Assembly: GCA_964187785.1 (NCBI GenBank)
Contig: OZ076409.1
Coordinates: forward strand, 7,938,001-8,002,000
DNA from: Amphiscolops sp. MND2022
Lineage: Eukaryota
Reading direction: 5' to 3'
DNA: 64,000 nucleotides
A program made the translations under genes and the position numbers. The notes below the pieces were generated by a model, which was given only the letters and a program-made list of their open reading frames with translations, was not told the DNA's origin and made no database searches. Shown piece by piece: positions 47,901 to 61,500 of this stretch. Position 1 is the first letter of the stretch. Each line of letters starts with the position of its first letter.

Positions 47901-49838
47901 AAACTGACTAAAAGTCAAGGTTTTTCAAATTTTCTTGTTACGAAAACGTGAAAAACCTACTCAAACGTTAATTTCTGTTCTTTGGAAGGTGTCCCAAGGT
48001 TTTAGCAGCACGGAAGAGGCGATTGCAGTGCTATCCAGCATTCTTCCTGTAGCATTTCATAATGGTTTTTTGTCAATTCCGCCAAAAACCGGGTTTTTTC
48101 ATACAAAATGCGTCCAAAAAGGGACTCCAACGCCTTTTCTGGTGGACAATACATTTTGTAGCAGTACTCTAAAAAGTATGGGCTAATTCCCATACATTTT
48201 TGCAACTGTTGTGTCTATTAACTAGAGCGCTCGCGCTCGTACCAAGAAAAAAACTCAAAAATGCCAAAAATGTCGTTTTTGCTACTTTTGCACCCAAAAT
48301 CGGACTTTTCCCACTGAAAACGGCTGCAAAAGCACACACTAAGTTGCAACAGGGAAAAACTAGCAAGAAAAAACGATTCCCCATCAAAAAATACACAATC
48401 GAAAAAATTTTTCGTATCATACTCCGAAAAACGGATACTTCTGGAATGAGGGGTGGTACCCTGTCTTTTTTCTCAACACCCAGACCAGCCAGAGACAAAC
48501 GGTTTAGACCCTCAGAAACGTCAACCATTGCTCTACGTTTCCATCGAAAACCATCCCTCTAGGACGTCTCCACGAGAAATGGGAGAGGAGAGTCGGGAAC
48601 ACTCGTTTCAGCTCATCTATCAGTCGGATGGAATATGGCGCATCCATCAGTTGAATACCTCATACATAGCCAAAAACGCTGAAATGAGCTACAAAACACC
48701 TGTTACGACAGGCGTAACGGCTTTTTAGCGATTCGCTAAGCCATTACAAAGGTACCCGCTGATGGGAACATGCAATTTTAGACGATACCTGTCAATAAAT
48801 ACCGTTTACTAAAATACCATTGATTTTTGGGAAAGTCACCTGAAAAACGGACAGAAAACCTGTTACAGTAAACCTGTCAATACACCAAGTTTCAAACAAT
48901 GAAGGAAAACTCTATGTAAACATCTCCAACCAGAGCCATGTTGTACTTGGCGTCAATCACCAGAGTGTCGGCTCTTTTAAAACCATTAAGGGAAGCACTT
49001 CGAAGCGATCCTTCTGTGGTCGCCAAAAAAGGATGTCGCAATGTAACGACAAGCTCTCACCATTGTCGCCGTAACCATTAGAGTTGGAGGAACAAAAGGT
49101 ATTGGTATTTGCCCGGGACAGGCGCCCATGACCATGAGCTCATTTTGCCTCCTTCGGGTAAAAACTGTCCCGTCAGAGGAGGATTCCGTTTCTTTTGAAG
49201 AGCTTGCCGGCCTCATCCAATCTTTAATGGCTGTCAGTAGCGCGAATTACGCTTTGTCTTTGGAATTATCACTTAGACAGCCTTTAAAAACGTTCCAAAA
49301 AGAAATTATGTTGAATTTTTGTTTTTCAGGGTGACTTGGGGAATAAAATCTAAAACTGCGGAATAAGATCTAATGTCAAAGTATCCTTTAACTTACAATA
49401 TACAGCAATCTACAGCAATCTCGTCCACAACAGCGATTTTACAACATCCACATTCAGCTCGCAAGCTGGGGCACCACAGGCACAGATTTGTGAATTAGAC
49501 GAAAAGACTCATTTTTTACGGTTTTTGCTACTGCTGAAAGCATACTACTTTAAGGTAGCATACTGCTGAAATCAAGGTTAGCACCTTCGAAAGAGTCTAA
49601 TTTCAGAGGTTTTTGCAGTCTCTGGCGTCTGTTCGGGCGGCTGGCCTTACTTTTTTTCTCGATCTTGCTCTTTGTTGTCGAAGTACCTGCCAATGTAGTT
49701 GAAACAGCGAAAAGAGCAATCACATGCTCAGTGCCACGTCAAACATCTAATTAGAATTTTTGACAAAATTTTCTCAACATGTTCAAATCCCAAATTCCAA
49801 AATCGACTGACTTTGTTGTCTCAGGGGGTGCCGTTACA
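41936..49838 (-). mobile_element. LTR-bounded non-autonomous element (LARD-like) with unidentified ORF remnants
   Basis: ~780-800-bp direct repeats at 41936-42715 and 49042-49838 with TGTAACG...CGTTAC(A/T) ends; tRNA-end-like ATCCTTCTGTGGTCGCCA at 49008-49025; no clean outer TSD. Confidence 0.65.
43971..45120 (-). pseudogene. Frameshifted ORF of unknown type inside the LTR-bounded element
   Basis: Overlapping same-strand ORFs 44569-45048, 44463-44789 and 43971-44450; acidic/Ser-rich region, coiled-coil-like stretch, then repeated GRPP motifs. Confidence 0.45.
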
Positions 49839-49981
49839 TTCAAAACATGCCGAAAGGCTGTTTTTTATCATCCAAAGGATGAAAATAATTTTAGCATTTT
49901 ACTTCTAGGCATTTATCAGGATGAAAATCATTTAGGGCCGAAATTTTTTGATGCTTGCATAAAAAAAGGTCTTCCTCTAGT

Positions 49982-50895
49982 GTTTTTTAGTCGGCGCCTT
50001 TTCCCTTAAGGAAAAAAGCCCGACTCTTACAGTGAGTAGTTTTTTAGTCGGCGCCTTTTCCCTTAAGGAAAAAAGCCCGACTCTTACAGTGAGTAGTTTT
50101 TTTTTTTTCAGTTGACAATCTCACTCTGAGTGGTCCACTTTTCTTACAATTTTTGTTCATCTTTCATATTTGTTCATCTTTCATCTTCGACCCAGCCGGA
50201 GAGCGTGGGTTCGAATCCCGCACTAAACCATAAATTTTTTAATGAGTTTTTCGGCATTGTGCGACCTAAAAAATACTTTTTTTCGAAAAAAAAATCAAAA
50301 TTTTTTTTTGAAAAAAAATTTTTTTTCCAAATTTTTCCAATAGTTGTTCCTTGAATATTTTTGAGCCTAAGATATGGCGCCGACTTGGGACGTTCCCGTC
50401 TTGTTTTTTTTTTTCAGTTGACAATCTCACTCTGAGTGGTCCACTTTTCTTACAATTTGTTCATCTTTCATATTTTCATATTTGTTCATCTTCCATCTTC
50501 GACCCAGCCGGAGAGCGTGGGTTCGATTCTCGCACTAAACCATAAACTTTTTAATGCTTCCAAAAGTACAGGTGAGACCAAAGGGTCCCCCCTTTGGGTT
50601 TTTTTCGGCACTATGCGACTTTTTTCGAAAATTTTTGAAATTTATCAAAGGGTACCCCCTTGCATTTTTTTGAAATTTTCGGTTTGTAGAAAACGGTGAA
50701 TGAGCCTGAATGGCCTCTTTTTTAGTTTTTCGGCATTGTGCGACTTAAAAAATACTTTTTTTCGAAAAAAAAAAATTTCAAAAAAATTTTTTTTTGAAAA
50801 ATTTTTTTTCCAAATTTTTACAATAGTTGTTCCTTGAATATTTTTGAGCCTAAGATATGGCGCCGACTTGGGACGTTCGTTCACGTCTTGTTTGT
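49982..50895 (-). mobile_element. Head-to-tail Helentron/DINE-like units
   Basis: Two ~56-bp tandem copies of a hairpin AGTCGGCGCCTTTT...AAAAAGCCCGACT, then two long tandem units (~50100-50405, ~50405-50895) each ending GGCGCCGACTTGGGACGTTC...TCTTGTTT in T-runs; no TSD. Confidence 0.55.
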
Positions 50896-50955
50896 TTTTA
50901 CTCGCACTGCGCAAGTTTCTGAGTTTTGTTTCAACTAAAGGTTAGTTGATTTTTA

Positions 50956-52097
50956 CCCGGGTTGACCCTCTTACTAGCATCTTGGCTGTCTTGGCTGTCT
51001 TGGCGAGGTCTTGCCAAACTCTTACTACATCTTGACAGCCATGGATCGCATGGCAAGATTTTTACTAGGATCCTACCAAGATGTATCATCATTCCAAGGT
51101 CGAATCTTACTAAGATCGAAAAAATTTTTGGATTTCAAAAATTCGATCAAGGGTGCTGAAAAAAGCTACATTCGTATAATAATTCTTTTGCCGGGTCTTT
51201 ACACGATTTCTCAGCCTGGACCTTGATTTCCTGTAAAGATTCAAATTCCCTGTGAATCCAAACCTTATTCCAGCGGTTTTAGATCTTACAACGGTGAAAT
51301 GAGAACCGACCTACGAGGTTTTGTTTAATTTTTAGGAGGTTTTCGGGGTGAAATTGGCTAAAATATTGACATTTTGAGGGACTTTTAGATCTTAATCCAG
51401 AGATCTGAGTCCTTATCCTAAAGATCAGTGGTGTTAGATCTTAATCCATTGAAATGAGATTCGACGTACACTGTTTTTTGTCCGTTCAGGGGTTTTCTAT
51501 ATGAAATTGGAGAGAATGTCATTTTGAGGAACTTTAGATCTTATGCCATGTATATTCCTAGCAATATACATGGAATAAAATCTAAAATTCCCCAAAACGA
51601 CATTCGATGGATCCGGTTTTCAGTGGTGTTAGATATTAGTGCTGTGATTTCAGTCCTTATTCCAATGGCTTTAGATCTTATTCCTGTGAAACGAAAACCA
51701 AAGTACAAGGTTTTTTCAGGGGTTTTCCTTATGAAATTGAGAAAATATCGTCGTCCTGGTTTGTAGTGGATCATCCAGTAACTTTGTTTTGAGTGATGTT
51801 TAGTTTAATTTTGCATAATGTTTAATTTAATGGTTTTCTGATTCTACTTTTTCTCGATATCAAACAGCAATTTCAAATTTTTTCTTGCAATATTCGGCTT
51901 CTTAGTAAGATTTTTATTGCCATATTGGGCTTCTTAGTAAAATTTTTCTTGGAAACATGGCTCTGTTGAAAAGATCTTACCATGGCATCTTGCAATTCTT
52001 GGCAATATCTTGTCACGATCTTAGCTAAGAGTTTTCCAAGATCTTCGCAAGATCTTGCCAAGATCTTACTAAGATATCCATGGAGGGTCGACCCGGG
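50956..52097. mobile_element. Non-autonomous TIR element with CCC...GGG ends (CMC/EnSpm-like)
   Basis: CCCGGGTTGACCCTC / GAGGGTCGACCCGGG flanked by TA on both sides; subterminal (A)AGATCTT(G) repeats. Confidence 0.8.
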
Positions 52098-53166
52098 TAG
52101 CCACAAAAAAAACGACCGTGTGAAGTACCAAAAAAGATCTGAAGGCTTTTTTGGAAAAGGAAATTTCCCTCGGAAGACTTCGGTTTCTTGAGTTTCTTGT
52201 TTAATGATTAAAACCGCTTTTCGCGTCTTGGGGTGACTTCTGTGAGTGTTTTTCGATATTCTTTGACTGATGAAAGTTTTGTTAATTTAGGGCGTCTTGT
52301 AATGGTATACAAAATCTCACAGAGCCATTTTTTCATTTTTTAGATAGATCCAGAACAAATAAGCCAACTTTTGTAGGAAATGTCGAAATGACAACGGTAC
52401 CAGTTGGAACATTTTGAAAGCTTAGGAATCGCAAATCGTCTAGAAGAGTTGAAAAAACTGTCAGTATATCGGATATAACTGAGTATATATCAATTCTTCC
52501 CATCTTTTTTCTCGGCGCCATTATTAATTGCCAAACCTGAAAGTATTTGTTATCTAATTTCATTATGAAAACGTTAGATCCGATCTGAAAACGCTATATT
52601 CAACAAATATTCCTTTTTATGCCAAATATACCACTTAGCAGAAAATGTTTTGAGAAGTATTTAAATATCAAATCTTTGCAAAAAAGGCATACAAAGTACC
52701 ATAAACTGAGATCTTCCATTTTACACCGCTTTATTTGATTTCATTTGGTATTTACGGAGCTGATCACTTCATTCCAGAGTGAAAAACAATTAAAAGTTCT
52801 GTAGGAATCGAACCCGCGACTTCTTGTTTGTAGTCTGTGGAACTAAGCAGCTAAATTACGCTGACATCCACTTTGCTTTTCGCTTTGAACTGAAAGTTTA
52901 AAAACTTCGCACACTGAAAATTTACTTCTTGTGAAATTTTCTGAAAAAAATACCCTTCAGAATACGAAAATTATTATTTTTTAAATTGATAACTGTTTTT
53001 ATCTTCATGTAACATCGAACTGGATACGCCAGACAAACAATGTGTTCATTGGTTTCCTTGCTTTATGGTTTGGACGACGAAAGTTTCAAACTTCAAGATT
53101 TGACAAAGATAGGGGCATACATCATTGTTTTTATTGGAATGATGCACCGACAAAGAGGTTCATCGA

Positions 53167-53568
53167 TTAAAGCACCAGTTTACTTCGAATAAATTCATCA
53201 AATTGGTCAATAGCTTCTTTACGGAGGGGCTTGTGTATCTCAATTACTTCCTTGTAATCGTACTTATAGGTTCGATTCGATATTGTTCGAAAATTGAACG
53301 GTTGTCTGAGAACATAGCCGCACTTGAAAGCAATTTGGGCTCGTTTCGTGATAGACTCTCGCTTGCCATTGGACAACGAGTTGATCCAAGCTTCGTCCAT
53401 GCAAGACGAGTTCTTTTTGGCTTTCAGAACCTCGGAGATGGTTTGTGGGTGGTAGTCGAACTGGTCTTGAGAGTTCAAATCGGGTGCAAACGTTCGGTTG
53501 AACCAAGATTTCACCAGCTCAGAGTTGCTTCTCAGGAAAGACATCTTGAAAGCAGGTTGGCACTGTTG
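53167..53568 (-). CDS. Paralog B, last exon
   Basis: ATTTCAG acceptor at the same position as in paralog A; QQCQPAFKMSF...CGYVLRQP...stop. Confidence 0.8.
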   Translation of the reverse strand, partial: QQCQPAFKMSFLRSNSELVKSWFNRTFAPDLNSQDQFDYHPQTISEVLKAKKNSSCMDEAWINSLSNGKRESITKRAQIAFKCGYVLRQPFNFRTISNRTYKYDYKEVIEIHKPLRKEAIDQFDEFIRSKLVL

Positions 53569-55639
53569 CTGAAATATTTTTTATCAAGGTCGAAAATGTC
53601 TATAAAATACTAAGTAACAGTACATATCACCAGTTGAAGGCGAAAGCTCTAAAGCATTATGATTTGATTGTACCCGTGGCTGAAAAAATGTCGCATGAAT
53701 CTTTTTTAAAAAAAAACATACATTCTTATCTTCAGGGGGCAATGAGTATAAGTTTTACCATGTTCGATCATTTTGCATCCCCTTCGATTCCATGCGCAGC
53801 TTTGTAAGTAGCACTTTTTTAGCGGGCTCGCATCTTTATACTTGCCGAAAAAAACCTCTCTCTCAGTGAAACAGGAAGTGTGTGTTTTCAGGAAAAATGT
53901 TGAAATTTAAAAAGTGAAAACGCAAAAGACTTTGAACAATTTCCCGAACAATGATTTCATTCGCGATACGTTTCAAATCTAGTCCTGAAACTTCAACAAG
54001 TTGGTTTCAATGTTATTATTTTGGATGAGAAACATCCAGCAACTGTTAGAACTTCCAATTCAGCGGTTTCGAAAGTGTTTTACCTCCAATTCTAAGCTTA
54101 ACAAGAAAAAAGTTGTTTTTGCGGATAAACCAACTCATTGAACATACAGTCACTTTCTCTCGCCATTGGCTCGTTTTTGCTTTATTGCTTCACGGATATC
54201 GACGGAGAAACCAGATTGCAAAAATTCAATTTAGTATGAAGATGATAGGTATAAAATCCATTCGAACACGTTCACTGATTACAATCCACGGTTCCCAATA
54301 ACAAATACCACAACTTAATCCGAGATTCAGCCAGTAACGTTAGACACAATTCAACCTTGGTGAAACACCAACTTCAACAAAGTCACAAGTTCCGAACATG
54401 TCAGTAAACCTGCTCTGAGGTTTCGACAACACAATCTCTTAGAAAGTTATTAAGACTCCGCGAGATTCAACTTGCTTCTAGCTGTAAAACTCAGCCTTCT
54501 TCTCTGAGATGACTTTGATGTTCTCCCGTGACTATGAAGCTTCTCCGCTTCAAACAACGTTCCAACATGCCGGGTTATAGGCATATAGGGTTCTGCGGCT
54601 AACGGTATCTGAGTTACTTAAAATGGGTAACGTTTGTTTATTTACCTGAGGCGGTTCCCTGAATGAGGTACAACTACAACTAAGTCCCTCAAGCAATCCA
54701 CTACATTCGTTATTGCTGTTCGTTTGAGATTTTACGAACCGAAGAGGCCAAATATCTCTAATCGGCCGGGCTCGTGCGTCCAGTCCTTCGTACCTCACAT
54801 ACAAAACAATAATCAACGTAACGTTCATAGTGATCTCTTTAAGCAAGTTTCATATTCGTAACTAGTGAAGATTTACATAACAATTCGGGTTTGTTGACAT
54901 CTTTGGTAACAAAACAATTCGGGTCCACGCTCTTCCTGCACGTGTCTTGGAGTTCTAAAAACATTCGCGAGCCCAATTTTCAACAGGGCCATGAACCTTA
55001 CTTATTCCGAGCGCTGCTGACGCGTCCATAAGTAGTTCGCCCTAGGGCTCCTCCGGAGCTAACTGCTCAGTGTCCAGGGGAGATACGATGTCGGATGTTC
55101 CAAGTCAGAAAAATTGAGGTAACACCTCTAATAAATTCATGCTCATTTCAACAGGATAAAAAAGTGCTTCCCAGAAAAAGGGGATTTTATGCAGTATCTT
55201 TTTTCATACTGAAGTGAAATATAGTAAAATTCACGCTGAGAGATTAGCTGTCTTCAACGATTCGAACAATAACGTCGCTGCTGTCTATCCAACACCTATG
55301 TTTAAAGTGGTGAAAAATATCCTCTACTGAGTAAACACAGCGTTTGCCTAATGGACAATACCAAAACATGATATTATCAGCTCAGAGCTGCTTCTAACAT
55401 ATAGGCGAGTATAGAAACTTAATAAAAAAGAGCGATATGAACTCTAGTCTCCGTGCAACTTATTGGAATTTTTTTGAAAACGCCAGAAAGTTCAAGTTAC
55501 CTTATATTGCAAGGTTTTTTGCAGCTCCTGTTGATACCATCAAGCTCTCTCAACTAAGTATTCATGATGGGCTAGGTTGTGACAAACGCTTTTCTGGTGG
55601 ATTTTAGCATGTAACTGATAATTTGTAAATATTGGACGA

Positions 55640-56195
55640 GTTAGGCGACAATTCGTCCCAACCGACGATTTGTCCCAGGCAACAATTCGTTTCAAATTTC
55701 AAAAATTCGTCCCAAGTGGCAGTTTGTCCTATTTTTAAAAAGCGACAGTTCATCCTATTGGTAAAGAGCGACAATTCGTCCTAAATTCGTTAAATTATTA
55801 GCTATATAACAAAAGTATATCATTTTATAGTTCACCCAGTTGGTTTATTCTACTTTCATTTCACCCACGTTCTTTTCAGCTCAAACTCATTTCACCCCAA
55901 CGTTTTAATTATCAAATGCGTTTTGGACTAATGACTACTGTCACACAATTTCAATCTTGGCACGAAACGAAAAGCGAATTGAACGTATTAACTAACTAAA
56001 AGCAATATTTCCGGATCCATTTTTACGAAGGTGTGATTTGGCTATTAAATTGGGAACGGCTTGCAGTTTTTAATAAATGGTACGAAATGCCCCCTTTTCA
56101 AAATAGGACAAATTGTCGCTTGGGGTGAATCGCCGCTTGGGGTGAATCGCCGCTTGGGGTGAATCGCCGCTTGGGACAAATTGTCGCTATACGCA
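55640..56195. mobile_element. Foldback-like element of the GCGACAATTCGTCC family
   Basis: Forward units at 55645-55785, inverse units at 56105-56190. Confidence 0.7.
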
Positions 56196-56772
56196 TCGGA
56201 CGTGCATGCTCCAAATGTCAATCGACGAGGTAAACCTCGACCAGTTTTCCGTCCATCAATTTCGGTGAGTCGTTGTCGACGAGTTAGCCCCTTACCTAAA
56301 AATTCACTCCGTACATTGTTGAAGTTTGTGAAATTCACTGTACCTTGATCACGCTCATATAAAGTAGCCATATCATTAATAGCAACAGAGCACGCGCAAA
56401 GAGAGCAAATAAGCAAATCTCATTGGCTGATTAAGGTCTCACGCCCTCATTTCATTGACCGAAACCACCAAAAGTGAATAAAAAGTGGCTTATCTTGACT
56501 TTTACAATTTTCATCATTACAAAATCATTACTGTCAAACAAACATTATTGTAAAGTAGATAAAAATTTAAGAAACTTCAATTTTACATTCTACGTTAGAT
56601 ATTCGATTTTGAGATTTGTCTTCTTTAATAAATTTTCGCTTTTAATGATATTACTACTGTATAGAGTGTACATAGACTCACATGAAACCACGTGAGATCT
56701 CTACCATTCACATTATCCCAGTGAGCCAAATTAGGAGGAAACAATGATTGGAAATGCCCTGAGTGAAATCTA

Positions 56773-57937
56773 CCCAGTGTTCCAAGCCATGGTATTCCCG
56801 ATCTCCACGCATTCATAGACTGGTTTTCCAACTAGGGACACGGTCGATAACTGAACATGGTTCAATCGAATTTTTGACATGATATTCTTGGTAAGAACCA
56901 TGACAAACCATGGTTATCTTATCAAGATCTTGCCATGATCGTGACAAGCGTTCCATGTATCATGATTTGCCACGATCTTGACAAGGGTACCATGGTTAAC
57001 CATGATTTAGCAAGATTAACCATGATCATGGCAAGCGTTCCATGGCTTCGAACACTGCCCAGTGTTCGAAGCCATGGTACCCTTGCCAAGATCCATGGCA
57101 AGTTCCTTCCTAGCCTTGCTAAGATCTTGCCATGATCTTGCCATGATCTTGGCAAGGATACCATGACCATGCAAGATCGTGCAAAGGCTAACCATGATTA
57201 ACCATGATCTTGGCAAGGGTTCCATGGTACCATTAGCGAAACTTTTGGAAAATTCAGAGCTCTTATTTTCAAATTGTAACTAGAATCTAAAAATTTATTC
57301 GGACCAAAAAACAGACATGTATAGGGTTAAACAGAAGAAAAACTGATACTCAAGACATTAGAGGAAAAATATTTTTGCTGCGACCATTGTAAGTTTTTAC
57401 CTCGAACTTCAGTAATTAGAACCCGTTACCTCAATAGATAAGGCAACAGCATGATTTGCATAAATGTAAACAAATCATAGCTAGAAAACTTGGTTTTCAC
57501 ACCGATATCGTAAACCCCCAAGTTGCAATAACTTGATTCGGAGTTTGCTTTATATGATAATCTATGATAATAGTAACAATGCCGTGCTCTCAAGTAACAA
57601 AACGCGGTCAATAGGTGCAGCAAATTATTGAGCAAGTTTTTGATAATTTTCAATTAAAAAACTATTTTCGATCAATAAATGTTATGTCCGAAGTTATTAC
57701 AATGGCTAATTCAGAAATTGCAGACGACAAGGACTTTTTGCGAAAAGAATAAATTATGCACAATTAAAACCAGCTTACATGTCTTACCATGGTTATCTTG
57801 TCAAGATCTTGCCATGTTCTTGACAAGCGTTCCATGTATCATGGTTTGCCACGATCTTTACAAGGGTACCATGGTTAGCATGATTCAGCAAGATTAACCA
57901 TGATCATGGCAAGGGTTCCATGGCTTCGAACACTGGG
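56773..57937. mobile_element. Two fused CCCAGTGTTCGAAGCCATGG-TIR elements in a paralog B intron
   Basis: TIR at 56773, inverse ending at 57057, new TIR at 57058, inverse ending at 57937; CCATGATCTTGGCAAG subterminal repeats. Confidence 0.8.
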
Positions 57938-57963
57938 TCCCGATTTTGAAGTTTGGCACTTAC

Positions 57964-58251
57964 CTGTTCGCCAGAGTGCCAGTAAGAATTTCGAATCTCG
58001 AGAAACTCGCTGAAAATGTTTGAGTGTGTTGTGTACTTTGGAATACAGTGCATGAAACAGTCTGGATTGGGTCCACACTTTTCCAGCGCCTTCGGTACCA
58101 GCTCCATTGCCTCTGGGGTCAAATAAGACTGGCCATCCGCCAGAATGACCCACGTGCTATTGAAAAAGGTCAGTGCCGTCTCAATTGCGAGCAGCCGGGC
58201 AGAGTTCACGTTTAGAATGGCCTCTTTCACGCTCTCTGGTGTCAGCTTTGA
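57964..58251 (-). CDS. Paralog B, internal exon with GT-A-like motifs
   Basis: ILNVNSARLLAIETA...WVILADGQS...CFMHCIPKY; ends GEQ|GTAAGT in phase 0. Confidence 0.82.
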
Positions 58252-58519
58252 CTTTTGATAAGAGCATTTGAGTTTTGTTCATCTAAGTTTCTCCAAAAAG
58301 ATGAAAATTGAAAAGATATCAAAAAATACCAGACAACTCGTTGCGTTTTGGAGAAATGAGAAATGAAGACGTTTAGGTATTACCTCGGAATGTATAATTG
58401 TTCTATTTGAGAATGTAAATCATTGTATATCATAGAAAAAATAATTAAAACAAATTGAAAATTTGAAAATATTTAATGTATATAATTGTATATAATGGAA
58501 AATATAGTTGAAACATTTT

Positions 58520-61500
58520 GAAGCAGTTTTTTTCTGTTTGCCATCAATCAATGGAACTGATGGGTCAGCACCAGCTATAACTTTTATGATTCTACCTTGT
58601 GTTTGTATTCGTGTTGGTGAACTATTTATAGTAAGATAGATTGATATTAGAATCATTTGCTACGGCTACCTTACAGCATGAAGTTAGTGCCATAGAGATT
58701 TTGATTCAGAAACCTTCCTTTTTTAGAATCAAGTTGAATTAGAAAATAGTGCAGTCAGCAAATCCTATTTATCAATTGACAATACCATTTTTACGAAAAC
58801 ACAGGAAGTAACGACGATTGAATTAAACAGACATCAACAAAAAATAGTCATGGGAGAATTAATACAGGATACGAATTAATACAGGATACGACAAAAACGG
58901 TTGGATCGGAAACAAAAATTGAATCCAAGCAGACTTCGTATGGGGCATTGGCCTAAAAAAATATACCAGATGACACGGGCAGAACACAAACCTAAAATGC
59001 AATCATGATCTAATATGGCCATTCGACGAACATTTTCTTACGGGACCAAATACCGGGCTGAATTTTTTCGGACAAAATCAACCGACACGTCTGGTAGAGA
59101 TTGATGGAAATTGAAAAAAAAAGCAGCTGAAGAAAAAAGCTCAACTCATGAAACAAAAAGCAACCTCGATACTGTTACACTTGCAGGAGGCCATCGGGAA
59201 ACAAGGAGAAAAACGGAAAGTCCCCAGTTACTTGGAGAAAAAAAATATGTTGATAAAGATTATTTTGTTTTCGTAAGAACCAAAAAAATTGACAAATTGG
59301 TAAACATAGCTTTAGACTCACGAAGATTGAAAAATATCAGAAGAAACAAGCCGAAAGTGGTATTTGCAAAACCAGAGTAAATATATAGTAGGTACCGCCA
59401 ACTTGTGAATACATGTTATGGTCTAGTCGACTTCCCGAGAGCATATCTACAGATATTCTTGACCATCTGCATGAAATTATATTATAGTAGCAACACAGAG
59501 AGTTCACGAAAGAAAACTATTCGAAGTACTGACGAAACTAAGAGGAATTGAACACCGAGTAAGCGAAATACAATCGGATTGTTTTCAAAAAAGATGGCTA
59601 GGACTAGATATTGATTCGAACATATTTGAACCGAACGAAGAAAAAGTGTCAGAACATCAGAACTAAAGTATAAGGAAAGGCGGAGAAGTAAGAAAAACAA
59701 GTTTAGAGATAAATAGAATGTTAGCCGGAGACCTTTGCTTAGCACATTATGCTAAAGACGGATATAAGGCTGTGACCATCAAAACCGGTCGCAGTATACA
59801 ATGTGCCAAAAGCAATCCGACAGCCTAATAAAAGTGATCACTTTCGGATGCAGATACTTAAACGTTTTAGTTCTAGAGGGGAAAAGGTTTCCTTTTTGCG
59901 GACAAGAAACTCGAGAGACCCTAATCGAACGAAACAGATGTAAGAAGAAAAATGTGCAGACCGGTTGGAAAATGTCGATATTGCAGTAAACATATAGCGG
60001 GTAGTGAAGTGAAAACGCGGTAAGGGACGCTCTCAATGAACAAAAACGTATACGATCAACAATATGTACTAAACGTCCTATCTCAACAAGCCGACATGTT
60101 CTTCAAATACGGGAGAATGACTATTTGTATCAAAAACAACACGAATTTTAAAAAGAGTAGAACCTCACGAAAACAGAACGCTAAACCAACCAAAATGCAC
60201 AATTTCATTCCAGAATGAACAAAAACGTGAACAAAGTGAGCGAACTCGTCAATACCAAAACGCGCTTCATTAAAATTCTACCCAATCGAAAAGCTGTCAA
60301 GGTTAACGCTTTTTTAGAGCAAAATGTACCGAGATCTTTTTCACTGTGGGACAACAAGTGAGAGCATTGAGATCATACGGCGAAGAATAAAAAGCACGGA
60401 AACTTTACACTTGGTGGAAAGACGATTAGAGATATCCACGTCAGAAACGGTACATTCAGCAGAAGCACCGAACAATCTCGACAGCGAGGGCAAAATCTAG
60501 ATTATGAGAAGTGGCAACCTTCCAATGGTTGACTTAAAAAACTATAACATGGACGGAACGAAGGGAAACTACGTGCAAAAAAACAGGTGGTCAAAGAAGT
60601 GACGAAAGGGAAAAATATTACCGTAGAATTGATGAAAAAAGCCAAAATGAAAACAAGGACCTGAAAACAATGATCATCAAATGGGAAGCAAACGCAGAAC
60701 TACAGCGGGATAAAAACGCAAGCGAAAGAAACGACCGAGGAACGGCACCTGCTCTTTATAGCCAGGTATTTAACACTCTATCGATGAAGTGGGGTCTAAT
60801 ATTCAACGAGGAGAAAATTCGAGTCTCGGAAGAATCACGGAAGAAACTGCTGGACTCTTTACAATTTCGTCATGCCGGAACAACTAAAATTCTGGCCGCA
60901 GCAGCAAAAAAAAATTGGGAAAAACGGCACCCGAGAATACAAACATGCAAAGCTGTAGTTGAACGTGCAATACAAACGCTAAAGAGTTCAATAAAATGTA
61001 ACTGGAAGATAATTCATGTTGGACCGAAAGTGTGAAAAGGCCGTCAAACGTGATGTGGTATACAAAACATACGGATTCAATTCAACATCATATCAGTAAT
61101 ATTACGACAGATAGCCTGGAACCGAAGTAACCAATCTCAATAAAGACGGCAAGTCTTTTTTCTCTGATTCGTCCGAACTCTTCATTGCAGCGGAAAAGAA
61201 CCAAAAAACACATTATCACGTTTTCAAAAAAAGAGAAGGGGTCATATCCAACTATATGGTATTGGCGTGGACGAAGCCGAAAAAGGTATTGAAGGAAAAA
61301 CAGCCAAGAAATGAAGTTCCGTTAGTGAATACTTTTGAAGAATGTAAAAGAAATCAGAATGAAAATCATCACGAGGAAGATTCCAACAAAAATTTCAAAC
61401 CGCAATAAGCATAATCGAACCCACAGGCAATACTAACATTCGAAGGTGATACTCCGTGATAATCCTAAACTGTACCCGAAAAACTGAGTCTGAATTGAAA

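Noticed and set aside
57904..57963. Apparent disruption of paralog B CDS by the TIR element
   Set aside because: The exon ends at a GTAAGT donor at 57963, so the element is intronic.
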